DNA of 32,000 nucleotides from Alkalilimnicola ehrlichii MLHE-1 (lineage in GTDB: Bacteria > Pseudomonadota > Gammaproteobacteria > Nitrococcales > Halorhodospiraceae). A model generated the notes under the pieces. That model was given only the letters and a program-made list of their open reading frames with translations, searched no databases and had not been told where the DNA came from. Of this stretch, positions 10,457 through 18,054 are shown piece after piece. The position numbers were made by a program, and so were the translations under genes. The stretch spans positions 1,290,001 to 1,322,000 of the forward strand of contig NC_008340.1 in NCBI RefSeq assembly GCF_000014785.1, in the 5' to 3' direction. Position 1 is the stretch's first letter. Every line of letters starts with the position of its first letter.

Positions 10457-10931
10457 GGGCGATCACGTCTTCTTCGGTGGGGCAGGGCGGCGAGCCGGCC
10501 CTGGGCCGGGGCCGGGGCCGATTATCCGGTCGTCCGCCGGCGGGGTCAAAGCCCGGTGGCAGCGGGGCTGTATTCAGCGGGCGGGAGCAACCCACCTAAG
10601 TAGCTTTACCGATGACAGTGCCACCCGCGTGCACCACAATTGGAAGTGGTCTGCCCGATGGGAGTCGCTGTCTGGAGGTGCCCATGGCGTTTCACACGCC
10701 GGACCCGAAGCTGCGTGCCGTGGAGCAGCGCAACGCCGAACTCCGTGCCCAGGCCTTCGCGGCGTGCTTCCGCTGGTTGAGGCGGGGCCTCAGCCGCGTC
10801 ACCGCCCGGATGCACAGGGCGGTCTCTGTCCGTGCCCGCAAGCGTGGGCGAGGGCGGAACGGCGCCGCCGGCGGGGCGTGACCGGCAAGGGCGATGGGCC
10901 CTGGGCTGGCGACACAACCACGAGGTGCCCG

Positions 10932-11297
10932 ATGGCGAATTCTAACGGCGTGGTCAGCGGCCCGCTCCCCTCCCGGCAGGATTACGTCCTGGAGGCCGTG
11001 CTAATGCTGTGCGCCATCTTACCGGTGATGGTGTCGTTGTACGTCAGCATGGCAACCGGTGAGGGGCACTGGTTTCAGCGCTCCGGGGCGCTGATGGTGC
11101 TCTTCTCCTTCGCTGTGGAGTTTCACCGCACGCGGGTCTTTGGGCGGGCGACGCAATGCGGCGATGACCAATGCGAGGTCGATGGGGCGACGATGCCGGC
11201 CCTGGCCCGGTTCTGGCGCTCGGTGCCCTACGCCTGTTATGCCTCCATTGTGCTGGGGACGTTGATCTGGAGCTACGGCGATCTCCTGTTCGGCTGA
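10932..11297 (+). CDS. hypothetical small membrane protein (about 3 transmembrane segments)
   Basis: The internal ATG at 10932 (MANSNGVV..) is followed by three hydrophobic segments. The longer 312-aa ORF upstream of it is Arg/Gly-rich, which looks like GC-driven noise. Confidence 0.45.
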   Translation: MANSNGVVSGPLPSRQDYVLEAVLMLCAILPVMVSLYVSMATGEGHWFQRSGALMVLFSFAVEFHRTRVFGRATQCGDDQCEVDGATMPALARFWRSVPYACYASIVLGTLIWSYGDLLFG

Positions 11298-11377
11298 ACT
11301 GGCAGATATTGGTCCGACAGCTACGGTTTATGGGCATACGGGCTCACTCCACCCGCTGTCACCGGAAACCACCGCGC

Positions 11378-12439
11378 ATGATCTTCTCCGACGAACTGTC
11401 CAAGACGCAGGATGCCACCGCCCGACTGTTCGAGGAGCTTTACGACCCCGCCTTTCTCATCGATGTGGACCACGGCTGTTTCGCCGGGGCGAATGCCGCC
11501 GCCTGCCGTTATCTGGGCTACAGCAGTGACGATTTCCAGCGGCTGACCCCGGCCGACATCCACCCGCATGAGATCCCACGGCTGCAGGCCTTTCTCGCCC
11601 AGGTGCGCCGGGAGGGCCGTTGGGTCGCGGACGATCTCTCCTGCCGGGCGCAGGGCGGCTCACTGCTGCCTGCCCAGGTCCGCGCCTCCTGTATACGGAT
11701 CGACAATCGGGAGTACATTCTCGCCATCGTGCGGGATCGCCAAGAGGAGCAACTGGCCGAGTTGGGCCGCTCCATCCGCAAGGTCACGCATGACCTGCGG
11801 AACACCATGGTGGCCTCCCAGTTGATGGGGGACCGGCTGGCGCGCCATCCCGACCCGCTGGTGCAACGCAGCGCGGAGATGATCCGCCGCTCGGTGCGGC
11901 GGTCGGTGCGCATGTGCGAGGCGATGCTGGAGGTGGGCAATGCCCGGGAACGAGCGCCGCAACTGGAGCGCTTCACCCTTGATGACGTGGTCGAGGAGGC
12001 CCGTGCGGCCATCGGTCCCGAGGAGGTGGCCCGGGCCTCACTGCAGGCGCCCGGTGCCGACGCCGTTGTCCTGGACGCCGATTTTGATCAGATCTTTCGC
12101 ATCCTGCTGAACCTGGTCCGCAACGCGGTGGCTGCCGGCGCCCGACAGATCCAGGTGCAGGGCGGCCAGCATGCAGATACCGTTTGGGTGGAGGTCGCGG
12201 ACGATGGTCCCGGTGTCCCGGATACGGTCCGTGATGAGTTGTTCGTGGAAAAGCGGACCGCGCCACGTTCCGGCGGCGCCGGTCTGGGTCTGGCCATCGC
12301 CTGGGAACTGGCGCGCAACCACGGCGGGGCGCTGACCCTGAAGGAGAGTGGCCCCGAAGGCGCGGTGTTCCGGCTCACGCTGCCGCGATCGGCCTCACCG
12401 GAAGCGGTCCTGGATAGGTTGCGTCAGTCCGAGGGCTGA
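11378..12439 (+). CDS. PAS domain sensor histidine kinase (cytoplasmic, orphan)
   Basis: PAS region (FLIDVDHGCFAGANAAACRYLGYS..), H-box VTHDLRNTM and HATPase motifs (NLVRNAV, DDGPGV, GGAGLGLAIA). ATG 11330 is an alternative start. Confidence 0.8.
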   Translation: MIFSDELSKTQDATARLFEELYDPAFLIDVDHGCFAGANAAACRYLGYSSDDFQRLTPADIHPHEIPRLQAFLAQVRREGRWVADDLSCRAQGGSLLPAQVRASCIRIDNREYILAIVRDRQEEQLAELGRSIRKVTHDLRNTMVASQLMGDRLARHPDPLVQRSAEMIRRSVRRSVRMCEAMLEVGNARERAPQLERFTLDDVVEEARAAIGPEEVARASLQAPGADAVVLDADFDQIFRILLNLVRNAVAAGARQIQVQGGQHADTVWVEVADDGPGVPDTVRDELFVEKRTAPRSGGAGLGLAIAWELARNHGGALTLKESGPEGAVFRLTLPRSASPEAVLDRLRQSEG

Positions 12440-12454
12440 GGATACTCCGGGGCA

Positions 12455-12483
12455 CTGTCACCGGATGGTCATGAATCGGTCAC
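12455..12483 (+). promoter_or_regulatory. Pho box array (three 7-mers at 11-bp spacing) upstream of pstS
   Basis: CTGTCAC-cgga-TGGTCAT-gaat-CGGTCAC, about 72 nt upstream of the pstS ATG. A possible -10 element, CATACT, lies at 12505-12510. Confidence 0.6.
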
Positions 12484-12554
12484 GTCGGCGTCAGATGCGC
12501 TTCCCATACTCCGTTCTGCGTTAACCGCCATCGTTTGATCGGAGTGATGAACTT

Positions 12555-13514
12555 ATGTGGAAGCAAAGCTGCATCGCCGGCCTGGCCGGAACCGTTTTTG
12601 CCGTCGGCGCCGCGGGTGCTGCCGAGGTGGATCCGAACCTGCCCAAGTACGAGCGGGTTTCCGGTATCTCCGGCAACCTCTCCAGTCAGGGCTCCGACAC
12701 CCTGAACAACCTGATGACCCTCTGGGCCGAGACCTTCAACGAGTTTTACCCCAACGTCTCCATTGAGATCGAGGGCGCCGGCTCCAGCACCGCCCCGGTG
12801 GCGCTGGCCGAGGGCACCGCCCACTTCGGCCCCATGAGCCGCTCCATGCGTGACTCCGAAATCCAGGCCTTCGAGGACGCCCACGGCTACGAGCCTACCC
12901 TGGCGCGGGTGGCCATCGACGTGCTGGCCGTCTACGTCAACCGCGACAACCCCATCGAGGGGCTGACCATCGAGCAGGTGGACGGTATCTTCTCCGAGAC
13001 CCAGCGCTGCGGTGGTGGGAACATCACCCGCTGGGGTCAGGTGGGGCTGACCGACGAGTGGCAGAACCGCGACTTCACCCTCTACAGCCGCAACGCCGTC
13101 TCCGGCACCTACGGCTACTTCCGCGAGCACGCCCTCTGCGACGGTGACTTCAAGGACAGCATCAACGAGCAGCCGGGCTCCGCCTCGGTGGTGCAGGGCG
13201 TGACCGAGTCCCTGAACGGGATCGGCTATTCGGGCATCGGCTACCAGACCTCCGGCGTGCGGCCCATTCCGCTCGGTCGCGACAGTGAGCTGTTCGAGCC
13301 CAGCGCGGAGAACGCGGTGACCGGCGATTACCCGCTGGCCCGGTTCCTGTACGTCTACGTCAACAAGCACCCTAACGAGGAACTGCCCCCGGTGGAGCGG
13401 GAGTTCCTGCGCATGATCTACACCCAGCAAGGGCAGGACGTGACCGTTCGGGACGGGTTCATCCCGCTGCCGGCGGCCGCTGCCGAGCGGGAGATGGAGC
13501 GGCTGGGGCTGTAA
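12555..13514 (+). CDS. pstS: PstS family phosphate ABC transporter substrate-binding protein
   Basis: 319 aa with a signal peptide. The GSDTLNNLMTLWAE.F...YPNV.I.IEGAGSSTAP and GIGYSGIGY motifs are typical of the PstS family. No pstCAB genes are adjacent. Confidence 0.9.
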   Translation: MWKQSCIAGLAGTVFAVGAAGAAEVDPNLPKYERVSGISGNLSSQGSDTLNNLMTLWAETFNEFYPNVSIEIEGAGSSTAPVALAEGTAHFGPMSRSMRDSEIQAFEDAHGYEPTLARVAIDVLAVYVNRDNPIEGLTIEQVDGIFSETQRCGGGNITRWGQVGLTDEWQNRDFTLYSRNAVSGTYGYFREHALCDGDFKDSINEQPGSASVVQGVTESLNGIGYSGIGYQTSGVRPIPLGRDSELFEPSAENAVTGDYPLARFLYVYVNKHPNEELPPVEREFLRMIYTQQGQDVTVRDGFIPLPAAAAEREMERLGL

Positions 13515-13555
13515 CCGCCAGACGGTCTGAATGGGCCAGGGAAGGGCCCGGGGAC

Positions 13556-13590
13556 GGGGGCGACACTCGAGAGAGTGGCGCCCCCTTTTG
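13556..13590 (+). terminator. intrinsic terminator after pstS
   Basis: GGGGGCGACACT-cgagag-AGTGGCGCCCCC hairpin with one mismatch, followed by TTTTG. Confidence 0.6.
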
Positions 13591-13606
13591 CGATCAAAGA
13601 CGTCGC

Positions 13607-14704
13607 TTAAAAGACGTAAAGCATCCCGGCGGACACCCCCCACTGGTTGTTGCCGTCCGCCACCTCCAGCATGCGGCTGCGGCTGCTGTCAGGCCCGGGT
13701 GGCGGGGCATGGGACTGCCCTGCCACGCTACGGCCGGCCAGATCCCCGTTGCGGACCTGGGCGTAATTCAGATACACCCGGGCCCGCGGATTCATCGCAT
13801 GCTCCACACCCACGGTGTAAAGGGTGGAGTCATGGTCACTGCCGCGGTCGTCGTCGAAGTGCGCGACCTGCCCCTGGAGTTCGAGGCCGGGTGCGACCCG
13901 GTAGCCCAGGCCGAGAAGGCCGGCGCGGGCATCCCGGTCCCCCCGTCCAGATATGTGTTGGTGGTCCTGGACAATGGCGACCAGGTTGATGGCCCCTTCG
14001 CGGTATTGCGCGAGCAGCTGGCGGGTCGTCTGGCTACGATCGCCGTTGGCGAAGTTGCCGGAACGGCTGTGAACACAGCCGGCGGCCAGCTGAAAGGCGG
14101 GTTGTTGCCAGCGCACCATCCAGGAACCGGTCTGGGCACTGGATTCACCCTGTGCCGGGGTGCCCATGAGTGTGGCGCTCAGGCCCTGCCATTCCGGTGT
14201 GGTGTAGTCGATCGCATTGCTGTGCCGGCGCAGGTGGCCGGGGGCGTCTGCCGCGCCGATGGTGTCCTCCCAGGTCACGCCGGCACCGGCAATCAGGTTG
14301 CCGGGGTCACCCAGTCGGGCGGTGAAGAACTGGGTGCGGTCGGTCAGGGCCTTGAGGGGGCCGTCCAGGTTGCCCCCACGGACGGTGCCGTAGGGCCCGC
14401 TCAGGCCCAGAAAGCTGTGGCGGCTGCGGCGGAAGAGCCCCGAGCCGCCTTCCGTGGCATTGACTTCAGTTTCGTACTGGAAGAGGGCACGGGTGTCGGC
14501 GGACAGGGCGGTGCTGCCCCGGATGCCCAGGCGGGACTGATTGGTGGAGAGGAACTGGCTGTCGCTCTCGCGGTTGTCCAGGTGATCCAGCGACAAATGG
14601 AGCACGGCGTAGACATCTACCGATGGATCGGCGGCATTAGCCGTCCATGCCAGTGGGGCGAGAAGGGCTAGACCGGTGACCCGGGCGAGTAATCTGCGTT
14701 TCAT
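13607..14704 (-). CDS. Gram-negative general porin family protein
   Basis: The internal ATG at 14704 gives MKRRLLARVTGLALLAPLAWTANA|ADP. Also present are a beta-strand-rich composition, NQSRLGIRG.. and the C-terminus ..GMLYVF ending in Phe. Confidence 0.85.
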   Translation of the reverse strand: MKRRLLARVTGLALLAPLAWTANAADPSVDVYAVLHLSLDHLDNRESDSQFLSTNQSRLGIRGSTALSADTRALFQYETEVNATEGGSGLFRRSRHSFLGLSGPYGTVRGGNLDGPLKALTDRTQFFTARLGDPGNLIAGAGVTWEDTIGAADAPGHLRRHSNAIDYTTPEWQGLSATLMGTPAQGESSAQTGSWMVRWQQPAFQLAAGCVHSRSGNFANGDRSQTTRQLLAQYREGAINLVAIVQDHQHISGRGDRDARAGLLGLGYRVAPGLELQGQVAHFDDDRGSDHDSTLYTVGVEHAMNPRARVYLNYAQVRNGDLAGRSVAGQSHAPPPGPDSSRSRMLEVADGNNQWGVSAGMLYVF

Positions 14705-14883
14705 TGTGCGGGCTCTCAGCAGCGACCTGATCAAGTGGAGGGCATAAATATGGCAACGAAGCTATATCGTAATAACCAAAGAGAATATAACAAAAAAGGA
14801 ATGTACGGATCAAACCGGGCCACCCCGAGGGCTCGGCGAGGGGGGAGGATGGGGCCGTTCAGAGGGGTGCCGTGGTCATCGTT

Positions 14884-15636
14884 CTATTCATTCCCGGTCT
14901 GGTCGGCCTGCGTTGAGGGTTTGCTCACCTCCCGAGGCAGCAGCCGGGCGTATTCGCGCCTCACGACCTCGTAGCACTCGCAGACGCGACGCTCGAGCCC
15001 GGCCCGGTCGAGGATGGAAATATGCCCACGGTGATAGCTGATCAGCCCCGCCTTTTTCAGGTTGTTGGCGGCTTCCGTGACGCCCTCCCGGCGCACCCCG
15101 AGCATGTTGGCGATGAGCTCCTGCGTCATGATCAGCTCGGTGGACTGAAGGCGATCCTGGCTCAGTAACAGCCAGCGGCAGAGCTGCTGATCCAGGGTGT
15201 GATGCCGGTTGCAGACAGCGGTCTGCGCCATCTGTGTCAGCAGGGCCTGCGTGTAGCGCAGCAGAAGGTGCTGCATGGGGCCCCCACGGTGGAATTCGGC
15301 TTTCAGGGCACGCCCGGTCAGTCGATAGGCGTGTCCCGCGGCCTGCACCACCGCTTGGCTGGGGGTTGTTTCACCCCCCATAAACAACGAGACCCCAACG
15401 ATCCCTTCATTGCCCACCACCGAGGTCTCCGCCGAACTGCCGTCTTCCATGAGGCAGAGCAGTGACACGATGCAATCCACCGGGAAGTAGACGTGCTTCA
15501 TCTCCTTGTTCGGTTCGCACAAGGACTCGCCCAGGGTGAGGGAAACCGGTTCCAGATGGGGGCTGAGGCGTGCGAAATCGCTCGCGGGGAGGGCTGCGAG
15601 TAACCGGTTGAGTTGCGCGCGCTGTAATACCTGCAT
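14884..15636 (-). CDS. Crp/Fnr family transcriptional regulator
   Basis: 250 aa: an N-terminal cNMP-binding-like barrel and a C-terminal helix-turn-helix (TQELIANMLGVRREGVTEAANNLKKAGLI). Confidence 0.85.
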   Translation of the reverse strand: MQVLQRAQLNRLLAALPASDFARLSPHLEPVSLTLGESLCEPNKEMKHVYFPVDCIVSLLCLMEDGSSAETSVVGNEGIVGVSLFMGGETTPSQAVVQAAGHAYRLTGRALKAEFHRGGPMQHLLLRYTQALLTQMAQTAVCNRHHTLDQQLCRWLLLSQDRLQSTELIMTQELIANMLGVRREGVTEAANNLKKAGLISYHRGHISILDRAGLERRVCECYEVVRREYARLLPREVSKPSTQADQTGNE

Positions 15637-15922
15637 GGACGGTTATCCCTTTACCAACGGTGAGTCGCGCTGGGGCAGTGCCAGAGCGGGCCACCCTCAA
15701 CGCCTCTCGACAGGATAGGATAGGGGGCCTTCCCTGCCGCACCCAACAGGCCGGGGGCGATGCCCCGCGGCTGCGTGTCCGCCAGGCTTGGCGGTGTCGA
15801 ACCGCTACTCAGACCCTCTGTTCGCTAGCACACATAGCGCCGCCCGATTCCTCGTGGAGCGCACAGACGTTATACCCTGTCCGGGCGCATCCTCCGGTCG
15901 TCGAGACTGCAGGAGTCCCTCC

Positions 15923-17407
15923 ATGAAGTTCAAGGATAGTGAGACCCCGCGGCCGCGCCAGCACCCCGAGGCCATTCGGGAGCAGGGGACAGCTCCCCAG
16001 GTGATCGACGGCGCCTTCCCTGACCGGGAGATGGTGGCACGGGCCGCGACCAATGGACTCTATCATGGGCGAGGGCCACTGGTGAGCGGGCGAGCGCTTA
16101 CGCCAGTGGCCACACCGGTGGCGGCCGATCCGGTGTCGATCCTCCTCCTGGGCCTTGATCCCGCAACGGCGGCCAGGGTCATGGCGGTGGTCGCCACTCA
16201 CTTCGGCCAGCCCTTCGACATGGTATCGCGTGCCATTGATGCAAGGGCGATCCGTGCCGCGGACATCGTGCTCTTCGACGTGGCCGTTCCGGACTACGCG
16301 ATCAGTCAGGCACAACTCGCTGCCCCCGAGGCACTGATCCTGCCGTTGGACGGGGGCCGGCTGGAAGGGGATAGCTGGCTTCCCGCCATCCTCCGCCACG
16401 TCGCCCGGCAAAAGGCCGTGGAATCGGGCCGGCAGGTGGCGGAGGAGGCGTTGTTCCAGAAAGCGGAGCGTGCCCGTGTCACCCTGGAATCCATCGGCGA
16501 CGCCGTGCTGGTGACGGACAGCCTGGGCTATGTGACGTATCTCAACCCGGTGGCGGAAACCCTCACCGGCTGGTCGCGGGACGAGGCCTCCGCCCAGCCT
16601 CTGGCGACCGTCTTCAAGATCGTGGACGGGGCCGCCGGCGAGTTCGCGCTGAACCCTGCGGTTACTGCGATGAACGAAGACAGAACCGTCGGGCTGGTGG
16701 CCAATTGCATCCTGCTGCAACGCGATGGCGGCAGCATCGGCATCGAGGACTCCGCGGCACCGATCCATGATCGTAACGGCCGGGTCACCGGTGCGGTCAT
16801 CGTCTTTCGCGATGTCAGTCTGTCGCGCTCGGTGACCCAGAAGATGGCCTATCTGGCTCACCATGACAGCCTGACCGGGTTGCCCAACCGAGCGCTGCTC
16901 GCGGAACGGCTTGGCCGGGCCCTGGGGGCCGCCCGCCGCCATGACCGGCAACTCGCCCTGCTGTTTCTGGATCTGGATCACTTCAAGCGCATCAACGACA
17001 CCATGGGCCATGATATCGGCGACCACGCCCTCCGCGGGACCGCCTATCGGCTTTCGGACTGTGTCCGCGAGACCGATACCGTGAGCCGTCTCGGGGGTGA
17101 CGAATTCGTGGTTCTGCTCGAGGAGATCGATAGCCCGGACGATGCGGCGCACATCGCGGAAAAAGTGCTGGCGGCCATCACGGCGCCGCTGCATGTGGGT
17201 GACCACACCCTGCAGGTCTCCGCCAGCATCGGCATCAGTATCTTTCCCCAACACGGTGCGGATGCCGAGACCCTCCACCAACGGGCCGATGCCGCCATGT
17301 ACCAGGCAAAGGCAAAGGGCCGGGCGGGCTACCAATTCTTCCAGGCCGATCCGGAGGGTGAAGCGGGAGTGCCGCATTCCGGCAATTCGACAAAGCGCGT
17401 AGGATAA
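15923..17407 (+). CDS. PAS-GGDEF diguanylate cyclase
   Basis: ATG 15923 is preceded by AGGAG. It has a receiver-like or unknown N-terminal region, a PAS domain (LESIGDAVLVTD..VTYLNPVAETLTGW) and a GGDEF domain (RLGGDEFVVLL). Confidence 0.85.
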   Translation: MKFKDSETPRPRQHPEAIREQGTAPQVIDGAFPDREMVARAATNGLYHGRGPLVSGRALTPVATPVAADPVSILLLGLDPATAARVMAVVATHFGQPFDMVSRAIDARAIRAADIVLFDVAVPDYAISQAQLAAPEALILPLDGGRLEGDSWLPAILRHVARQKAVESGRQVAEEALFQKAERARVTLESIGDAVLVTDSLGYVTYLNPVAETLTGWSRDEASAQPLATVFKIVDGAAGEFALNPAVTAMNEDRTVGLVANCILLQRDGGSIGIEDSAAPIHDRNGRVTGAVIVFRDVSLSRSVTQKMAYLAHHDSLTGLPNRALLAERLGRALGAARRHDRQLALLFLDLDHFKRINDTMGHDIGDHALRGTAYRLSDCVRETDTVSRLGGDEFVVLLEEIDSPDDAAHIAEKVLAAITAPLHVGDHTLQVSASIGISIFPQHGADAETLHQRADAAMYQAKAKGRAGYQFFQADPEGEAGVPHSGNSTKRVG

Positions 17408-17472
17408 AAGCAGACGGGGGTGCCGGCAAAGCGTTTGCCGGGTGAACCACCGGAGCTTTGGGAGGCTGAACG

Positions 17473-18054
17473 ATGTCTGGTGACCTGTCAGAGGAAGGGC
17501 GGCTGCGCCTTGCAGCCGAGCGCAAGCTCGCGTCTGGCACAGCGCCGCCGGCCAACGGGTGGACGGTCAGCGTCGATGCCCTCGGGATGCTCTATCGGCT
17601 CGCCAGCGCTCCGGGCAGTGCCGATGAGGCACTCAAACTCTTGCACGAACTGCAGGTCCACCAGGTGGAACTTGATTTGCAGCAGGAGCAGCTGGTCGCT
17701 GCCGAGCGCGAGGCAGAGGCGGCCCTCAACCGCTATCAGACCCTATACGAATATGCCCCCGTGGCCTACTTCGTGGTGGATCATTCAGGCACCATCATGG
17801 ATGTGAATCGCGCTGGGGCCGGCCAGGTGGGTGGGTGCCCCATCGGCCGTGCCTTCAGCGAGGTACTTGCGTCGGAGAGTCGGCCGGCCGTGCAGGATCT
17901 GTTCGCGGCACTGGGGGAGGAAGGCGACGAAGCCACCTGTCGCGTGCGGTTGGCGCAGGACGAAGGCCCGGTCAATCTGGTGGCGGCGGTGGCCCCCGGG
18001 GGCGACCTGGTGCTGATCACTGTGTCCAACGAGTCGGGATCCCGTGAGTCTTGA
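17473..18054 (+). CDS. PAS-like domain protein
   Basis: 193 aa with a GGAGG ribosome-binding site. A LHELQVHQVELDLQQEQL coiled-coil is followed by a PAS-like core (YEYAPVAYFVVDHSGTIMDVN). The stop overlaps the TTG start of the next gene (TTGA). Confidence 0.6.
   Translation: MSGDLSEEGRLRLAAERKLASGTAPPANGWTVSVDALGMLYRLASAPGSADEALKLLHELQVHQVELDLQQEQLVAAEREAEAALNRYQTLYEYAPVAYFVVDHSGTIMDVNRAGAGQVGGCPIGRAFSEVLASESRPAVQDLFAALGEEGDEATCRVRLAQDEGPVNLVAAVAPGGDLVLITVSNESGSRES

Noticed and set aside
10502-10519. GGGCCG x3 microsatellite-like tract
   Set aside because: It is a short, intergenic, GC-rich low-complexity run with no evident function.
10612-10881. Small ORF, possibly starting at ATG 10684 after a GGAGG site, in the 475-bp gap upstream of helD
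   Set aside because: The Shine-Dalgarno site is decent. However, the product is Arg/Ala/Gly-rich (..RKRGRGRNGAAGGA), as expected from random GC-rich sequence. There is no support for conservation or domains, so I did not call it.
11356-11366. CTGTCACCGGA, an 11-mer identical to the first pstS Pho-box unit, just upstream of the PAS kinase start
   Set aside because: It is a single half-site with no phased partner. It lies only 12 nt from the ATG, or inside the coding sequence if the alternative start is used. It is probably a coincidence.
12480-14671. 387-aa minus-strand ORF (12480-13643) and 320-aa plus-strand ORF (13709-14671)
   Set aside because: These are mirror frames of pstS and the porin. 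Their translations are Gly/Val/Ala-rich noise, whereas the opposite strands give textbook PstS and porin sequences.
15809-17377. 522-aa ORF antisense to the PAS-GGDEF gene
   Set aside because: It is a shadow ORF. The plus strand carries clear PAS and GGDEF motifs and a good ribosome-binding site.
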